Under the pieces are notes generated by a model. That model made no database searches. It saw nothing but the letters and a program-made list of their open reading frames with translations, and was not told the DNA's origin. From the NCBI GenBank assembly GCA_964016885.1, contig OZ024741.1:118730001-118794000 (forward strand): 64,000 nt of DNA. The letters run 5' to 3'. Shown one piece after another: positions 14,164-27,295 of this stretch (position 1 is its first letter; every line of letters begins with the position of its first letter). This DNA comes from Eledone cirrhosa (Eukaryota). The position numbers and the translations under genes are program-made.

Positions 14164-16043
14164 GAAGTAAAATCATGGTAACAAAAATTTTGTTGAAGTT
14201 TTATTTTTATTACTAAAATTGAAGAACATAATACAATTTCATCATATTCCTTAGTTTAGTTTCGGTGGAGGCCATTTTGAAATGTTTTCACTTGTGACAT
14301 TGGTTCGTGGTACGCTGTAAACAGTCAATCCATCCTTTGTTTATTTTAATATTAGAGAGAGGGAGAGAGCGAGAAAGATAGATCGAGAGGAAAGAAAGAT
14401 AGAGAGGGGTGTCTTCACGAGTGATATCAGTTGACTCGTCCAAAATCAAGGACTGGCTTGGCTACTGAAAAAAAAAACAACAAAAAAACTTTGATAGATT
14501 GTTTTGAATTTCAGTTTATTACATTACTATTGTTATGTCTAACTCAAGAAACATACTTGGGTAAATCGGTTTTGTGAGATCTTATTTCAACATTGCACAA
14601 TTTACATAAATCTTATTACTGCCATATTTTCCTCTTCTAACTCAATTTGAAAAGGAACAATGCCGATGTAATAGTCTTTGTTTATAATGCAGAAAATAAT
14701 AAAATACTACACTATCAAATAGTATTTAGAAACACTATTATAAGTTTTCTGTAAAGAAACAGCTTTAAGACCCATTTTGTCTTATATACACATATATATA
14801 TACACCAGGTCCGAACACAAAACAACCAAACTCCCACTGTCAATGCCTCCGTCTCTCCTGCTCTCCGCATCTCTTACTATTGTGAGCAAATGGGGGCCCA
14901 CGCGCTGACTGCCCCGCGGCCCCGACGAATTAGTTAGCCAGTATTTAAAAAGATATTTTATCATCTCACTTTGTCCAATTGCTCGTTGTATAAATGGGTA
15001 TAGCTTTAGAATAATTCAGACTTATTAAGAAACTACTTAGCTTATTGATACTTCGATGATCATTGAATATTATATCGATGCCCAAATTGTCAGTCTTCGG
15101 TCACGTAACTGACAACTTGCCAAATTTCAGTTCACTTTATTATACCATATACCAGAGAACTTCTACGTGATCGTTCGATACACTAAAAATAGCACCCAAA
15201 TATCTCTCAATTCACACAATGCAGTCTAAAAATATTTGTCTATAAATTTTACTGACTGGCCGAAAATATCGTTAATATAAGATTAAAAATAAAACAGGAA
15301 ATTTGCAGGATGTACCCCGCCTTCCGAAAAAATTTAAAGTAATTCATAGCTAGTAGCCCAAATTTCCAAAGAAACGTACTGTGCAATCCTATAAACTCGT
15401 GTAATCCGCTACTTGTAGCTCTATTTATTTATTATGCTTTGAAGCATAGAGTTACGGCCCTTGCCATTCTGAGTTCAAATCCCGCCGAGGTTAACTTTGC
15501 CTTTCATCCTTATGGGGTCGATAAAATAAAGTACCAGTAATGCACTGGGTGATTGTGGCCTTGTGTCAAAAGTAGAAACAATTATATATTTTATTCAATT
15601 ATATAAATTTGTATAAAACTGTGATTCTTTAAGGTTCAGTAATGCGTCTGTCTGGGCTCTGCGCCCTATGTGTCTGCCTAATTGATCTAATAATAGTTTC
15701 AACCTTGGTTGGTATATATGTGAAGCATTGGCCCAAGTGTTATGATTTAAAGAGAAGAAAAAAGGGACAGAATGATAAAATTTAAAAAAAGGAACAGAAT
15801 GATAGAATTACAAAAATGGATGTGAATTAAAGGGGAAGAGATGTCAGTTAATCGACCAAAACAAAACAAAACAAAAGTAAAAAGAAAATCGGTGACAATA
15901 GAATAAAACAACAAATCAGAAGCATTAGTGGTTAATTTTGCCTTTCATCTTTAAGGGGTCGATAAAATAAAGTACCAGTAATGCAGTGGGATAATTGCTG
16001 GCCTTGTGCCAAAAGTAGAAACAATTATTTCATACAGCTTTTT

Positions 16044-16200
16044 CGGCGCATGCGCAAGAGTTTGTGAGAGAATAGACCAAACAGACAAAGTAAAGAAATA
16101 CATTATTCTATCGTCTGCTATGTAGCTTATTCTTTGGAGCATGCGCAAAATTTATAATTTCCTCACTGACCCCCATCAGCAAGCATTTTCCGGAACTTAC
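16044..16200. promoter_or_regulatory. Possible promoter-like motif cluster (NRF1-type and ETS-type sites)
   Basis: GCGCATGCGC at about 16046, GCATGCGCA at about 16139 and TTCCGGAA at about 16188, in non-repetitive DNA. Confidence 0.25.
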
Positions 16201-16400
16201 ATAATCTATTAATGAATCTTTTATTCATAGAAATGGCAATAGAGTATAAATAACAATATTTTTTTCTATCTTCTACCTATAAAATCATGCAAGAGCCGCT
16301 TTCGGTTCTATTATACTAATGGTGCCATTTTTATATTGTTTTACATTGAAAAGAAGAAAAGAGTGACGATAGTGTGTATATGTGAAAAACAAACTGGAAC

Positions 16401-16459
<59 letters not shown>

Positions 16460-16470
16460 TATCGGTTCCA

Positions 16471-16523
<53 letters not shown>

Positions 16524-16592
16524 TACATATTAAGGAAGGTATATTTAGAGCTACCACCAAATAAATACATATATTTATATAACATACGCACA

Positions 16593-16624
<32 letters not shown>

Positions 16625-17164
16625 GATATATATATATATAGATATATATATATATATATGCGTGTGTATCTGTAGTTATTGATTGATCGATATATTGATT
16701 ATAAAAGCCCAAACAATGCTTATATCTATCTACTAGAGCAAGTTCAACTTCAATGTGCATTACGTGATGTAAGGAAGTCGTTTAAAATGTAGGTTATCAG
16801 AATATATTCTGTATTGAAAACACAGAAGGAATCTAGAACTATATCACCAAAATATTAAAAATGTTGTCTATATGTTCTTGTCGTTGTCTTTGTTGCTGTA
16901 GTTGTTACGGTTCATACCTGTGTAGTTTTAGCTGGTCTTCTCTTGTGTCTTCTTTTAGGAGGTTTCTGGGTGTGTTGTTTTAATGATAAGAGGCCCAATT
17001 CCTAACATATCACTTCCTGTGACACTAGGCGGACTTTGAACATAAAACAGAGAACCGAAATAACTACCACAAGGCATATAATCGAAAGCTCGAACTTTTA
17101 CGCATATCTGTTTAAACAGGTATAAGTTAGTCATTAGCCGAACATATAAAGCGTCAAAAGAACC

Positions 17165-17340
17165 TGATGGCAGAGTTATTTCTGCAAAATTGATGCATAC
17201 AGACGAGTTGGGAGACCAGCAATCACATTGAAGGATGTTCTTGAAGATGACACCTGGCTGGAGGCAGGAGAAATTTAGACGGGAATGCTGGACAGGTTGA
17301 GATGGAGGAGGAATTTCGCCCTGGTACCGATAACAGATAA
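17165..17340 (+). mobile_element. RTE-like LINE 3' fragment
   Basis: Translation RRVGRPAITLKDVLEDDT...MLDRLRWRR. Confidence 0.65.
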
Positions 17341-18034
17341 TAGAAGAAAAAGATAAGTTAGCTTTAAGCAGTAGAATTCATCCATTGGCCAGTTTAACAC
17401 CAGCACTTGGACCTTGGGTGTCTTTAACAGAATCTATTCTGTTACAAGCGTTCGGGAAAAGATGTACCTCTCTCCCGTTCTACAAATCTTGACGACAGAG
17501 AACAAGGGTACCGTATGCACTGCCTTTCACTTCCTTGAAATGGTGCTATATGCACTGTTCTTCCCTTACAAACTGAACAAGCAGAAAAATAAGTAAATAA
17601 AGACCAGCCAAAAAGGTGACCTCTATACAGTAGCGTGACCTTGTGGAAAAAAACACAATTTTTGGAACGATCGACAAGATCCCAACCCCATTAGCTTATT
17701 GAATGGGGTGGAACTCGTCAAATCGGACAAAGTAAACAATGTTTCCATTTGTCTTTCCAATTGCTGATACCATCTACCGGTCGCAACTCCTCGCAGAAAG
17801 AGCAGCGTGAAATAAAGTGTCTTGCTTAAGGACGTAACGCGCCGTCTGCTCCGGGAATAGAACTCGCAACCTCATGATTGCAAATACACTTCTCAAACCA
17901 CTAAGCCACGCACCTTCACAAGACGAATGTACGTTAAATCCCACAGTGCGAATTTACTAATCGAAAGACATATTACATACCTCATGGCTGATGGTCATAA
18001 TTCATATTTCATGACTCGTTTGCATAAAACAGCA

Positions 18035-19060
18035 ATCATGGTTTCTACCTTAGATACAAGGTCAGCACATTTTGAGGAGAGAGCAAATTTGATAAAATCG
18101 ATCTCAATACTTGGTTGTTACTATATTTTATCGATCCTGGAAGGTTGAAAGGCAAAGTTGACCATGGCGGGATTTGAACTAAGAACGTAAAGGGACAAGA
18201 ATATACTGCAAATCATTTATCCGGTGTTGCAAACATTCTGTCAATAATAATGGTTTCTGATTTAAGAACAAGGCCAACAAGTTTGGAGGAGGGAAAAGTC
18301 GATTACATCGAAACCCAGTACATTACTGGTACTTTATTTTATCAATCCTGTAAGGATGAAAGGTTAAGTTAAACTTGACGAAATTTCTGAGTTCAAATCT
18401 CACCAAGGCTAACTTTGCTTTACTGGTACTTTATTTTATCGACCTCGTAAGGATGGGCGGTCAAACTGACCTCGGCGGGATTTGAACTTAAAACGTAAGG
18501 GGGAGGGGGTAACTGTATACCGCAAAGCATGTTGTCCGATGTTGCAACGATTCTGTCAATCCACCAGCTTAACAATAACAACCATAATAATAATAATGGT
18601 TTCTGATTTACGCACAAGGCCAACAATTTGCAGGGGGGGGGGGAGAAAGTCGATTAAATCGAACCAGTGTGTTACTGGTACTTTATTTTATCGACCCCGC
18701 AAGGATTAAAGGCAAAGCTAACATCGGTGGGATTTGAACTCAGAACGTAAAGGGACGTAACTATGCCGCAAAGCATGTCCGATGTTCCAACGATTTTGTG
18801 AATCCACCAACGTAACAACAACAACAACAACAACAACAACCATAATAATAATAATAGTCTCTAATTTAAGCACAAGAACCAATTTGGGAAGAAGAGTAAG
18901 CTGATTAAATCCACCTCACTACGTAACTGGTACTTTGTTTTATCGGTACCGGAAAGATGAAAAGTAAAGTTGATTTCAGTGGGATTTAGACTCCAAACAG
19001 TGTCAGAACAAATACTGCAAAGCATTTATCCGATGCTCCAACGATTTTGCCAATCCACCA
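18035..19060 (-). mobile_element. Tandem array of SINE family A (Meta-domain-like tRNA SINE)
   Basis: Repeated GAGTTCAAATCCCGCCGAGGTTAACTTTGCCTTTCATCCTTACGGGGTCGATAAAATAAAGTACCAG unit with B-box GTTCAAATC and (TTA)n spacers. Confidence 0.8.
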
Positions 19061-20025
19061 TGTTTTCTTTTTCAACAGCAAAGGCTAAATATGTTTTGAT
19101 ATATATAAGAACCAATATTTTGATCTACTGTTTTAAAAGGCTACTGGCATGCATCATCACTTGCTGGCATCTGTGATTTTGATATGAAGATAACTATTTA
19201 ATACCAGATGTTTTAAACCTGGTCATCATTATCTAATGTTTATATCTACCATCCATTGGTTTATTTATTTATGTATTTAATTATTTTCTCGTTTCAAATA
19301 GTTATATGTATGTTTGTATTGGTTGATCTCCCTCCCTAAAACCTAATTAGATCCGATTGAATGTTCCATATTTCACAGCTGTTTTGATTCAAGATTGCAC
19401 ACAGACACGTAAATTTACCCAGCTTTATATTCACCTTCACCTTGAACACATACGACCAATCGTGTATTTTCATGTATGGTCACAGTATGGCTAAAAGGTT
19501 AAGAAGTTCGCTTCGCAATCATTAGTTTACGGGTTCAATCCCACTACCTGACATCTTGGAGAAATATAATTTACTTTAGTGGCGGGTCGACCCTAGCTTT
19601 GTGACTGAAATTAGACAAACGGAATCTTTCTGAAATTTTGTCGGATGAACTGAACCTGCAATTCAAAGGGTCAGTCGTATCATTCGCTATGTAATGTTGA
19701 ATCACTCTGAGAATTATATTTATGGTACACATGTCTCCCACTTACACATTCATTTTATGAGCAGGCTGTTCCGTCGATTGAACAACTGGAACAGATCTTC
19801 GAAACCGTAGGCCATGACTGATCATAAGCCTGCTTGTTCGAATAAATGACATGATGGGCACAGCTAGAATATATATATATATATATATATTAGAATTGGA
19901 GCTCTGAAATAGCAATATATATATGGATGTATATATAATGTATTTTGCAATACACTTTATGCTTAATTAAAAGCATTTTGAAGACCGTAAGCTATTGTTT
20001 TAAAGTAGTGACAAATTCACTCACT

Positions 20026-20122
20026 TTGATCTCAGCAAACAGGGGAGATAAGCCGACATGACATGTTTCGCTTTTGTTGAAGCTTATCAAGGCCAACTAC
20101 CACGCCTGTCTACTGAGATCAA
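20026..20122 (-). ncRNA. Inverted copy of the U3-A8 hammerhead
   Basis: Reverse complement of 20199-20295 with one substitution. Confidence 0.78.
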
Positions 20123-20198
20123 TGATGTTATATTCTTATAGAAATCTAGTAAATAATCAGTAAACATCATTGATCTCAGTAAACATCAGTAAACATCA

Positions 20199-20295
20199 TT
20201 GATCTCAGTAGACAGGCGGGGTAGTTGGCCTTGATAAGCTTCAACAAAAGCGAAACATGTCATGTCGGCTTATCTCCCCTGTTTGCTGAGATCAA
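20199..20295 (+). ncRNA. Extended type I hammerhead with U3-A8 variant core
   Basis: GGCC TTGATAA GCTT-CAACAA-AAGC GAA ACAT-GTC-ATGT C GGCT. The distal helix I TTGATCTCAGTAGACAGG / CCTGTTTGCTGAGATCAA contains G.U wobbles. Confidence 0.8.
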
Positions 20296-20383
20296 AGTGA
20301 GTGAATTTGTCACTACTTTAAAACAATAGCTTACGGTCTTCAAAATGCTTTTAATTAAGCATAAAGTGTATTGCAAAATACAT

Positions 20384-20415
<32 letters not shown>

Positions 20416-21008
20416 CACATACACACACACATATATACATACATATTCATACACGCACATACGCACACACACACATATATATATATATAAATTAGATTTG
20501 AACTCAGAATGTAACGGGTGGTAACTATATGCTAGAAAGCATGTTATTCGGCGCTCTACCGATACGGTCATATCTTATTAATATTGAATGCTTCATTTAT
20601 ATGCCAACTTACTCTACTTAAAACTAAAACATGTGTAAGATTGTGCTCTTTGTAATTGGATCTCTACAACCAAGAGAAGGTCAATTATCTTCGCTTTACC
20701 TAAAGTACTGTGAAAGCCTGTGGCGATTAGTACGACGCAGAGAAAATCATTGAGATAAAATGCTTCATGTCCAACAAAAGACGCAGTTTTAATATAATAA
20801 TTTCTATGCGGGTCAGGGTTACTTTTGAGCGGACAGTCTCAGTCTGATTCTGTTTTAACCCATAATATTCTGTAATGGTTTAGCAGGAAATATCTGAAAA
20901 CAGGTCTGTTAAAAGTTAAAGTGACTTTAACACATTTTTTTTATTCGAAAGGCCTGGCTTTTGATTGAAATATTCCTGCCATGACTGTATGTATGTATGA
21001 GTGTATAC

Positions 21009-21072
<64 letters not shown>

Positions 21073-21487
21073 GTGTGGGGGGGGGGGGTCAGTGTACATA
21101 TATATGTGTGTGTGTGTGTGTATGTATGTGTGAGTGTATATATATGTGTGTGTGTGTGGATCCTGAGTAAAATCGAGATTAACCACAGTAAATAAGGTAC
21201 TTAATACATTAATAGAGTGAGAACAACAACATTTAATATAGAAATGGCTTCTACAGGACTAGAACGGTTTCATTCATATGAAATCATCAGGAATGAAACA
21301 GTTCTAGATGAGTGTTGCCGTACATGTACGGCAACACTCACCTTTTTCCATTTCTCCGAGGGTTATAAACTCCACTATCAGGCTAGAAATTTCTTTAGTC
21401 TAAAATACGGTGAAAGCTTATAATTTCTAATTTCAAACTCGCGCACCGTTTCAAAATATACTTACATGTTTACGTTTATAATTTGCT

Positions 21488-21522
<35 letters not shown>

Positions 21523-21526
<4 letters not shown>

Positions 21527-21870
21527 TAAAATAACAGATTAAAGTTTAAGCAAAGAATCGCTGCTTTCATCCTTAACGGGATCTTCTGAAACTAACAAAG
21601 TCAATCTGTAAACGCGTTTCCACGAACCAAAGTATCGTCTTCCTGTCTTCCTCCGGTTGCAACGTTTTTTTGAAATATCCAGTTCTGTGTTTACAGATTG
21701 ACTTTGTTAGTTTCAGAAGATCCCGTTAAGGGTGAAAGCAGCGATTCTTTGCTTAAACTTTAATCTGTTATTTTAATAAATATTTGCTCTACGGTTCTTA
21801 AATATTTGATATATATTTATCCTTATCGAGCCCTCTTTGGATTTTCGTCTTCAAATTTATTATTATTACT
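21523..21870. mobile_element. Short fold-back copy of the 32965-35103 PLE family, in (TA)n
   Basis: 21523-21613 is inverted against 21689-21781. The 3' tail ends ATTTATTATTATTACTA(TA)n. Confidence 0.8.
21694..21767 (+). ncRNA. Extended type I hammerhead with variant core CAGAAGA; copies at 21535-21608 (-), 32981-33054 (-) and 34932-35005 (+)
   Basis: CAGATTGA-cttTGTT-AGTTT CAGAAGA T CCC-GTTAA-GGG T GAA AGCA-GCGATTCTT-TGCT T AAACT TTAATCTG. All three helices and the distal helix I form. Confidence 0.7.
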
Positions 21871-21935
21871 ATATATATATATATATATAAGGAAATTTAA
21901 TATAGAAATGGATCTACAGGACTAGAACTGTTTCA

Positions 21936-21981
21936 TTCCTGATGATTTCATATGAATGAAACCGTTCTAGTCCTGTAGAAG
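21936..21981 (+). ncRNA. Type I hammerhead with U.U at the helix II base; inverted copy 21248-21293 (-), partial copy about 50555-50596 (-)
   Basis: TTC CTGATGA T TTC-ATAT-GAA T GAA AC[C/A]G-TTCTAGTC-CTGT A GAA. Confidence 0.65.
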
Positions 21982-22069
21982 CCATTTCTATATTAAATGT
22001 TGTTGTTCTCACTCTATTAATGTATTAAGTACCTTATTTACTGTGGTTAATCTCGATTTCACTCAGGAT

Positions 22070-22140
<71 letters not shown>

Positions 22141-22649
22141 CACTCACACATACATACACACACACACATATATGTACACTGATACCCCGCCCCCCCATAT
22201 ATATATATATATATATGTATACACTCATACATACATACAGTCATGGCAGGAATATTTCAATCAAAAGCCAGGCCTTTCGAATAAAAAAAAATGTGTTAAA
22301 GTCACTTTAACTTTTAACAGACCTGTTTTCAGATATTTCCTGCTAAACCATTACAGAATATTATGGGTTAAAACAGAATCAGGCTGAGACTGTCCGCTCA
22401 AAAGTAACCCTGACCCGCATAGAAATTATTATATTAAAACTGCGTCTTTTGTTGGACATGAAGCATTTTATCTCAATGATTTTCTCTGCGTCGTACTAAT
22501 CGCCACAGGCTTTCACAGTACTTTAGGTAAAGCGAAGATAATTGACCTTCTCTTGGTTGTAGAGATCCAATTACAAAGAGCACAATCTTACACATGTTTT
22601 AGTTTTAAGTAGAGTAAGTTGGCATATAAATGAAGCATTCAATATTAAT

Positions 22650-23680
22650 AAGATATGACCGTATCGGTAGAGCGCCGAATAACATGCTTTCTAGCATATA
22701 GTTACCACCCGTTACATTCTTAGTTTAAATCTCGCCGAGGTTAGCTTTGCCTTTCATCTTTACGGGGTTGATAAAATAAAGTACCAGTAACGTACTAGGG
22801 TAGATTTAATTGAATTTCGCCTCCCGTAAACTGTGGGCCTTGTGCCTAAATCAGAAATCGTTATTAGTAGTGGATTGGCTGAATCGGTAGACAGTTGGTT
22901 GGACAGCATGCTTTGCGGTATATAGTTACGGCCGTTACGTTAGTTTCGCCTTTCATCCTTACGGGGTCGATAAATAAAGTACCCGTAACATATATATCCA
23001 TTTAATCGACTTTACTCTCCTCCAAAATTGTTGGCCTTGCGTCTAAATCAGAAACCAGTATTATTATTAGTAGTGGGTAGGGCGGTGGATTGGCAGTATC
23101 GGTAGAGGGTCGGACGCCATGCTTTGCAGCATAGAGTTACGGCCCTTTATGATCTCAGTTCAAATCCCACAGAGGTTAACTTTGCCTTTCATCCTTACAG
23201 GGTCGATAGAATAAAGTACCAGTCACGCACTGGGGTCAATTTAATCGACTTTACCCCCCCCCCCCCCACCCAAAATTGCTGGCCTTGTGCCTATATAAGA
23301 AGCCATTATTAGTAGTTGGCAGTATCGATAGAGAGTTTGACAACATGCTTTTGGCATGAACTTACTTATTAAGTGCTTACTGTAGAGTATGTATGAACAT
23401 TGTTCTATTTGAGTTGTATAATTGAATAGATAATGTCTTACACAGGATGTTGACAATACTTAGCAAAGTTTAGATAAATGTCAACTTTGCCAATCCAATT
23501 CCTGGAAGGATAAAAGACAGAGTTGTTAGAGCAGTATTTGTTTCAGCTCTTTACGTTCTGAGATCAAATCCCGTCGACGTTAACTTTGCTTTTCATCCCT
23601 ACGGGGTCGATAAAATAAAGTACCAGTAACGTACTGATACTTCAAATTGTGGCCTTGCGCCAAAAGTAGAAAATTATTAT
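22650..23680 (+). mobile_element. Tandem array of SINE family A
   Basis: Repeated GGTGGATTGGCAG...GTTCAAATCCC...CTTTCATCCTTACGGGGTCGATAAA units. Confidence 0.8.
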
Positions 23681-24021
23681 TATTTGTAGAACCAAAAGTG
23701 TTCCTATCTAAATAAAATAAATAAATTAATTGCATAATACTTACATAACAATAATAATAACAGCATCAATAATAATAAAAATATACAATGAATAAAAATA
23801 AGAGATGAATATTTACAGTGTTCTTTAAGCAGAAGCCATGCTTGTAAGTTACAAATGGCGTACATTGAAAATATTTGATAAGGTGGATCTGACGTAATTT
23901 CTAGTGATTCTCAAGGAAAAAAGACACGTTGTGTTTGGTGAGACATTAGAGATGTTAGTTGTAAGCCAATCATTCTAGCTAGCTACTTAACAAATAAATA
24001 AATACCATACTCACATGCACG

Positions 24022-24089
<68 letters not shown>

Positions 24090-24090
<1 letters not shown>

Positions 24091-24383
24091 TGTTATATTT
24101 GGGGAGGGTCATATTGTTATAATATTGCCAGAAATAATAATAAAACACACTCACTGTTTGGTTTGGATTGGTTTTCGCTTCTGTATCTTTTATATCTCCA
24201 TAGTTAATTTATCTGGCAAACAATGTTTATCATTGATTGACCAACGGTTAAAAATACAGATATAAATATATATATAGTCTATCAACTGGAGGAAACATAA
24301 TAGTACCACTGATGATGCCACAGATGTGTGACGAAAGGATTCTGATAGACTATATACATATTTATATCTGTATTTTTAACCGA
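24090..24383. mobile_element. PLE tail remnant with a short inverted HHR-bearing arm
   Basis: 24244-24284 is inverted against 24343-24381. The tail is related to the 9617 family (TTTGGGAGGGTCAT). Confidence 0.65.
24304..24347 (+). ncRNA. Minimal type I hammerhead, slightly degenerate
   Basis: TACCA CTGATGA T GCCACA-GATG-TGTGAC GAAAG GA TTC TGATA. Confidence 0.65.
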
Positions 24384-24451
24384 GTTAAAACTGAGTTCGG
24401 ATGTAGCTGTCGAAACGGCCGGAGTTCAGCCGTCGGGATCCTGACTCTTTT

Positions 24452-24490
<39 letters not shown>

Positions 24491-24856
24491 TTTTATATAT
24501 TTTTATATCTGTATATCTATTTGACCCGAAATAGGAGATCGAATCTTCGCTGTGTGGATGATTAGTTTAACCACCATCTCAGTGTGTTTGGCCTTTAACG
24601 TAAGTTGTAAGCTCTAATTCATATGAATTATCGAGCGCTTGCCACACAACTCGGAAGTGATTCTCGTTAATTCCTGAGCTGAAATTCGATTCTCGCTAAT
24701 TTTTACTTATATATATATATATAAGCGCCTGGAGAAAGGTCACTAACTTGATGCCCTATGTATTCTGGAAGTATGGTCAAATTTCGGCCTTTAACACCTT
24801 GTATATAAATAAATAATAATATTTCTGCTCTCTTTCCGATTGAGCACTGTTTTCCT

Positions 24857-24959
<103 letters not shown>

Positions 24960-27040
24960 ATATACATGTGTGTGTGTGTGATTGCATAAATAAGTTAAAA
25001 GTAATCTTTCTTAATGACAGAAATGACTAAATTCGTCATACAAGTCTCAGAGGCGACGCTACCATTAGGCTAACAAGGCAGACCACAGAGAGAAGCGTTA
25101 TTGAACCTTAAATTTGTATAGTTAGATTAAATATATAATTTTCTGAGATAATAAATATATCACTAAGCGTTTGGGGAGGATCCACAGTGGTGGAGAGGGT
25201 CGTATGGTGTTATGACCTGTCACATGATTTGCTGTGGGTCAGTGCAGATTGTTTAGTGGGAAATCTAGAATTAGTAATTTTCTAAGAAATAACAATCAAA
25301 TCTATCTTAAAGATGGAAGGACACGTTAGAATGGAATAGACCTCCGTCGGTTTCGTTGATGAGTGCTCCTGTTTTCGATGAATGGAACAGCCTGCTCATG
25401 AAATTAACTTGTATGTGGTTGAGCATTCCAGAGATACGTGTATATTTAACGTAATTCTCAAGAAGATTCAGCGTGACAGTGTGTTACAGGGTTGGTCTCT
25501 TTCAATTACAAGTACAGTCCATCCACCGGCCTTCCAAACAGTTTCCGTCCAGCCAATTTCACGTGAGTTAACCCGAGGTTATGGTAAATAACGCTCATCT
25601 AAGATGCCACATGACAGAGATCGAACCTGTGACCTAATGATTGCGAAGTGAACTTCTTAATCATTCGGCCATGCTACGTCATAATTTACAAAAAAAAGAA
25701 AAAAAAAAGTTTGAAGTGAAAGGATGTCCAATTGAAATATATTTTCACTATATGAAATTAACATATTTCAATATGTTTGACGAACCTGTGACTACACAGG
25801 AGGAACTCCAAATCATCAAGATTTAAGTTTGGACTAAAAAAGAATGTTAATTCTACTGTGATATTGAGTACTCTAACCCGTAACTGTCACTACTAAGTGA
25901 ATAAATAAATAACGTAATTCACACGTAAAAATATTATAAATATGTGCTTTCCATTCATAAGAAAGAATATGCTTGGTAAACACAGATCTGAGAGTGGTTC
26001 GGAGACGGGGTACAGCAACACCTTCAAAACAAATCTATGTTTACGAAGCATATGCTCTTCATCCATAAACATGTTAAGGCACGCAGCCTAGTGGTTAGGG
26101 TATTGAACTCACGATTGTTATATCGTGGCTTCGATTTTCAAGCTGGGTAGGGTAGAGGGTTGGCAGAATTGGTAGAGCGCCTGGCGCCTGATGAAATTCT
26201 ATTGTGCTATTTGTTCTGGCTCTTTACATTCTGAGTTCGGAAGTGAATAAAATAAAGTTCAGGTTAAGTACTTCCAAAATTGTTGGCCTTGCGCCTAAAT
26301 CAGAAATCGATATACATATATATAATCGTTTCTACTTTTGGCACAAGGCCAGAAACTATCCCAGTGTATTACTGGTGCTTTATTTTATCGACCACGTAAG
26401 GATGAAAGGCAAAGTTAACCTCGGCGGGATTTGAACTCAGACTATAAAGGGTCGTAACTCTTTGCAGTGTCAGACCCTCTACCGATACTGCCAATCCACC
26501 GTCATTGAACAAGATAGTTCATTTCTCAGTCTTCTAGTTCACTCAACTAACCCCCCCCCCCCCAAAAAAAAAAAATGAATACCCCAGTAGCTGAGGGTTA
26601 AGCTTGCGACAGACTAACGTTTGTTCAGGTGGAGTTGGGTAGTTTTGAACTCTCAATCGTTTAATGCTAATGAAACTGGAGTACGGGTAAGATCTTTAGA
26701 AGATCGCAGAGAACGTCTTTCATCCTTTCAAGGTCGATAAAAAACTACAAGTCCAGTACTGGAGTCGATTCTTCTTCTATTATGTCTATCACACCCACTT
26801 TCCCGCTTTTTCTCTGATAGAAATTGGCTGTGTTCAGACATGGAGACGAATTGGCTTCGTCGGGTTAAAAATACCAAATAGCATGTCATTACGGCGCCCC
26901 TACGAGTCCATTAAACATACATACATACATACATACATGATGGCTGCCCTCTCGTTATCGAGAGGGCAGCCATCATGTATGTATGTACGAGGAGAAAAAA
27001 ATTTTTTTTAAAAATAAATAAAAAATAAAATAAAAAAAAG

Positions 27041-27113
<73 letters not shown>

Positions 27114-27295
27114 TATATACATATATATACATACACATATACATATACATATACACACACATACATTAATAACAATAATAATAATAATAATAACAACAAT
27201 AATAATAACGACAACAACAATGATAATATACATATACATATATATATACACATACACGCACACACATAAACATATCTATACACACACACACACAC

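Larger units (their letters stand above)
19925..20392. mobile_element. Near-perfect fold-back PLE remnant in (TA)n, with a hammerhead on each arm
   Basis: About 19930-20128 is inverted against 20193-20392, with few differences. Confidence 0.85.
20490..22732. repeat. Large inverted repeat, arms about 820 bp (20490-21308 / 21922-22732)
   Basis: The arms are near-identical and include unique DNA and a SINE fragment. They differ in microsatellite lengths and a few substitutions. Confidence 0.9.

Noticed and set aside
22860-23200. tRNA genes
   Set aside because: The A/B-box motifs belong to SINE heads, and no full cloverleaf could be formed.
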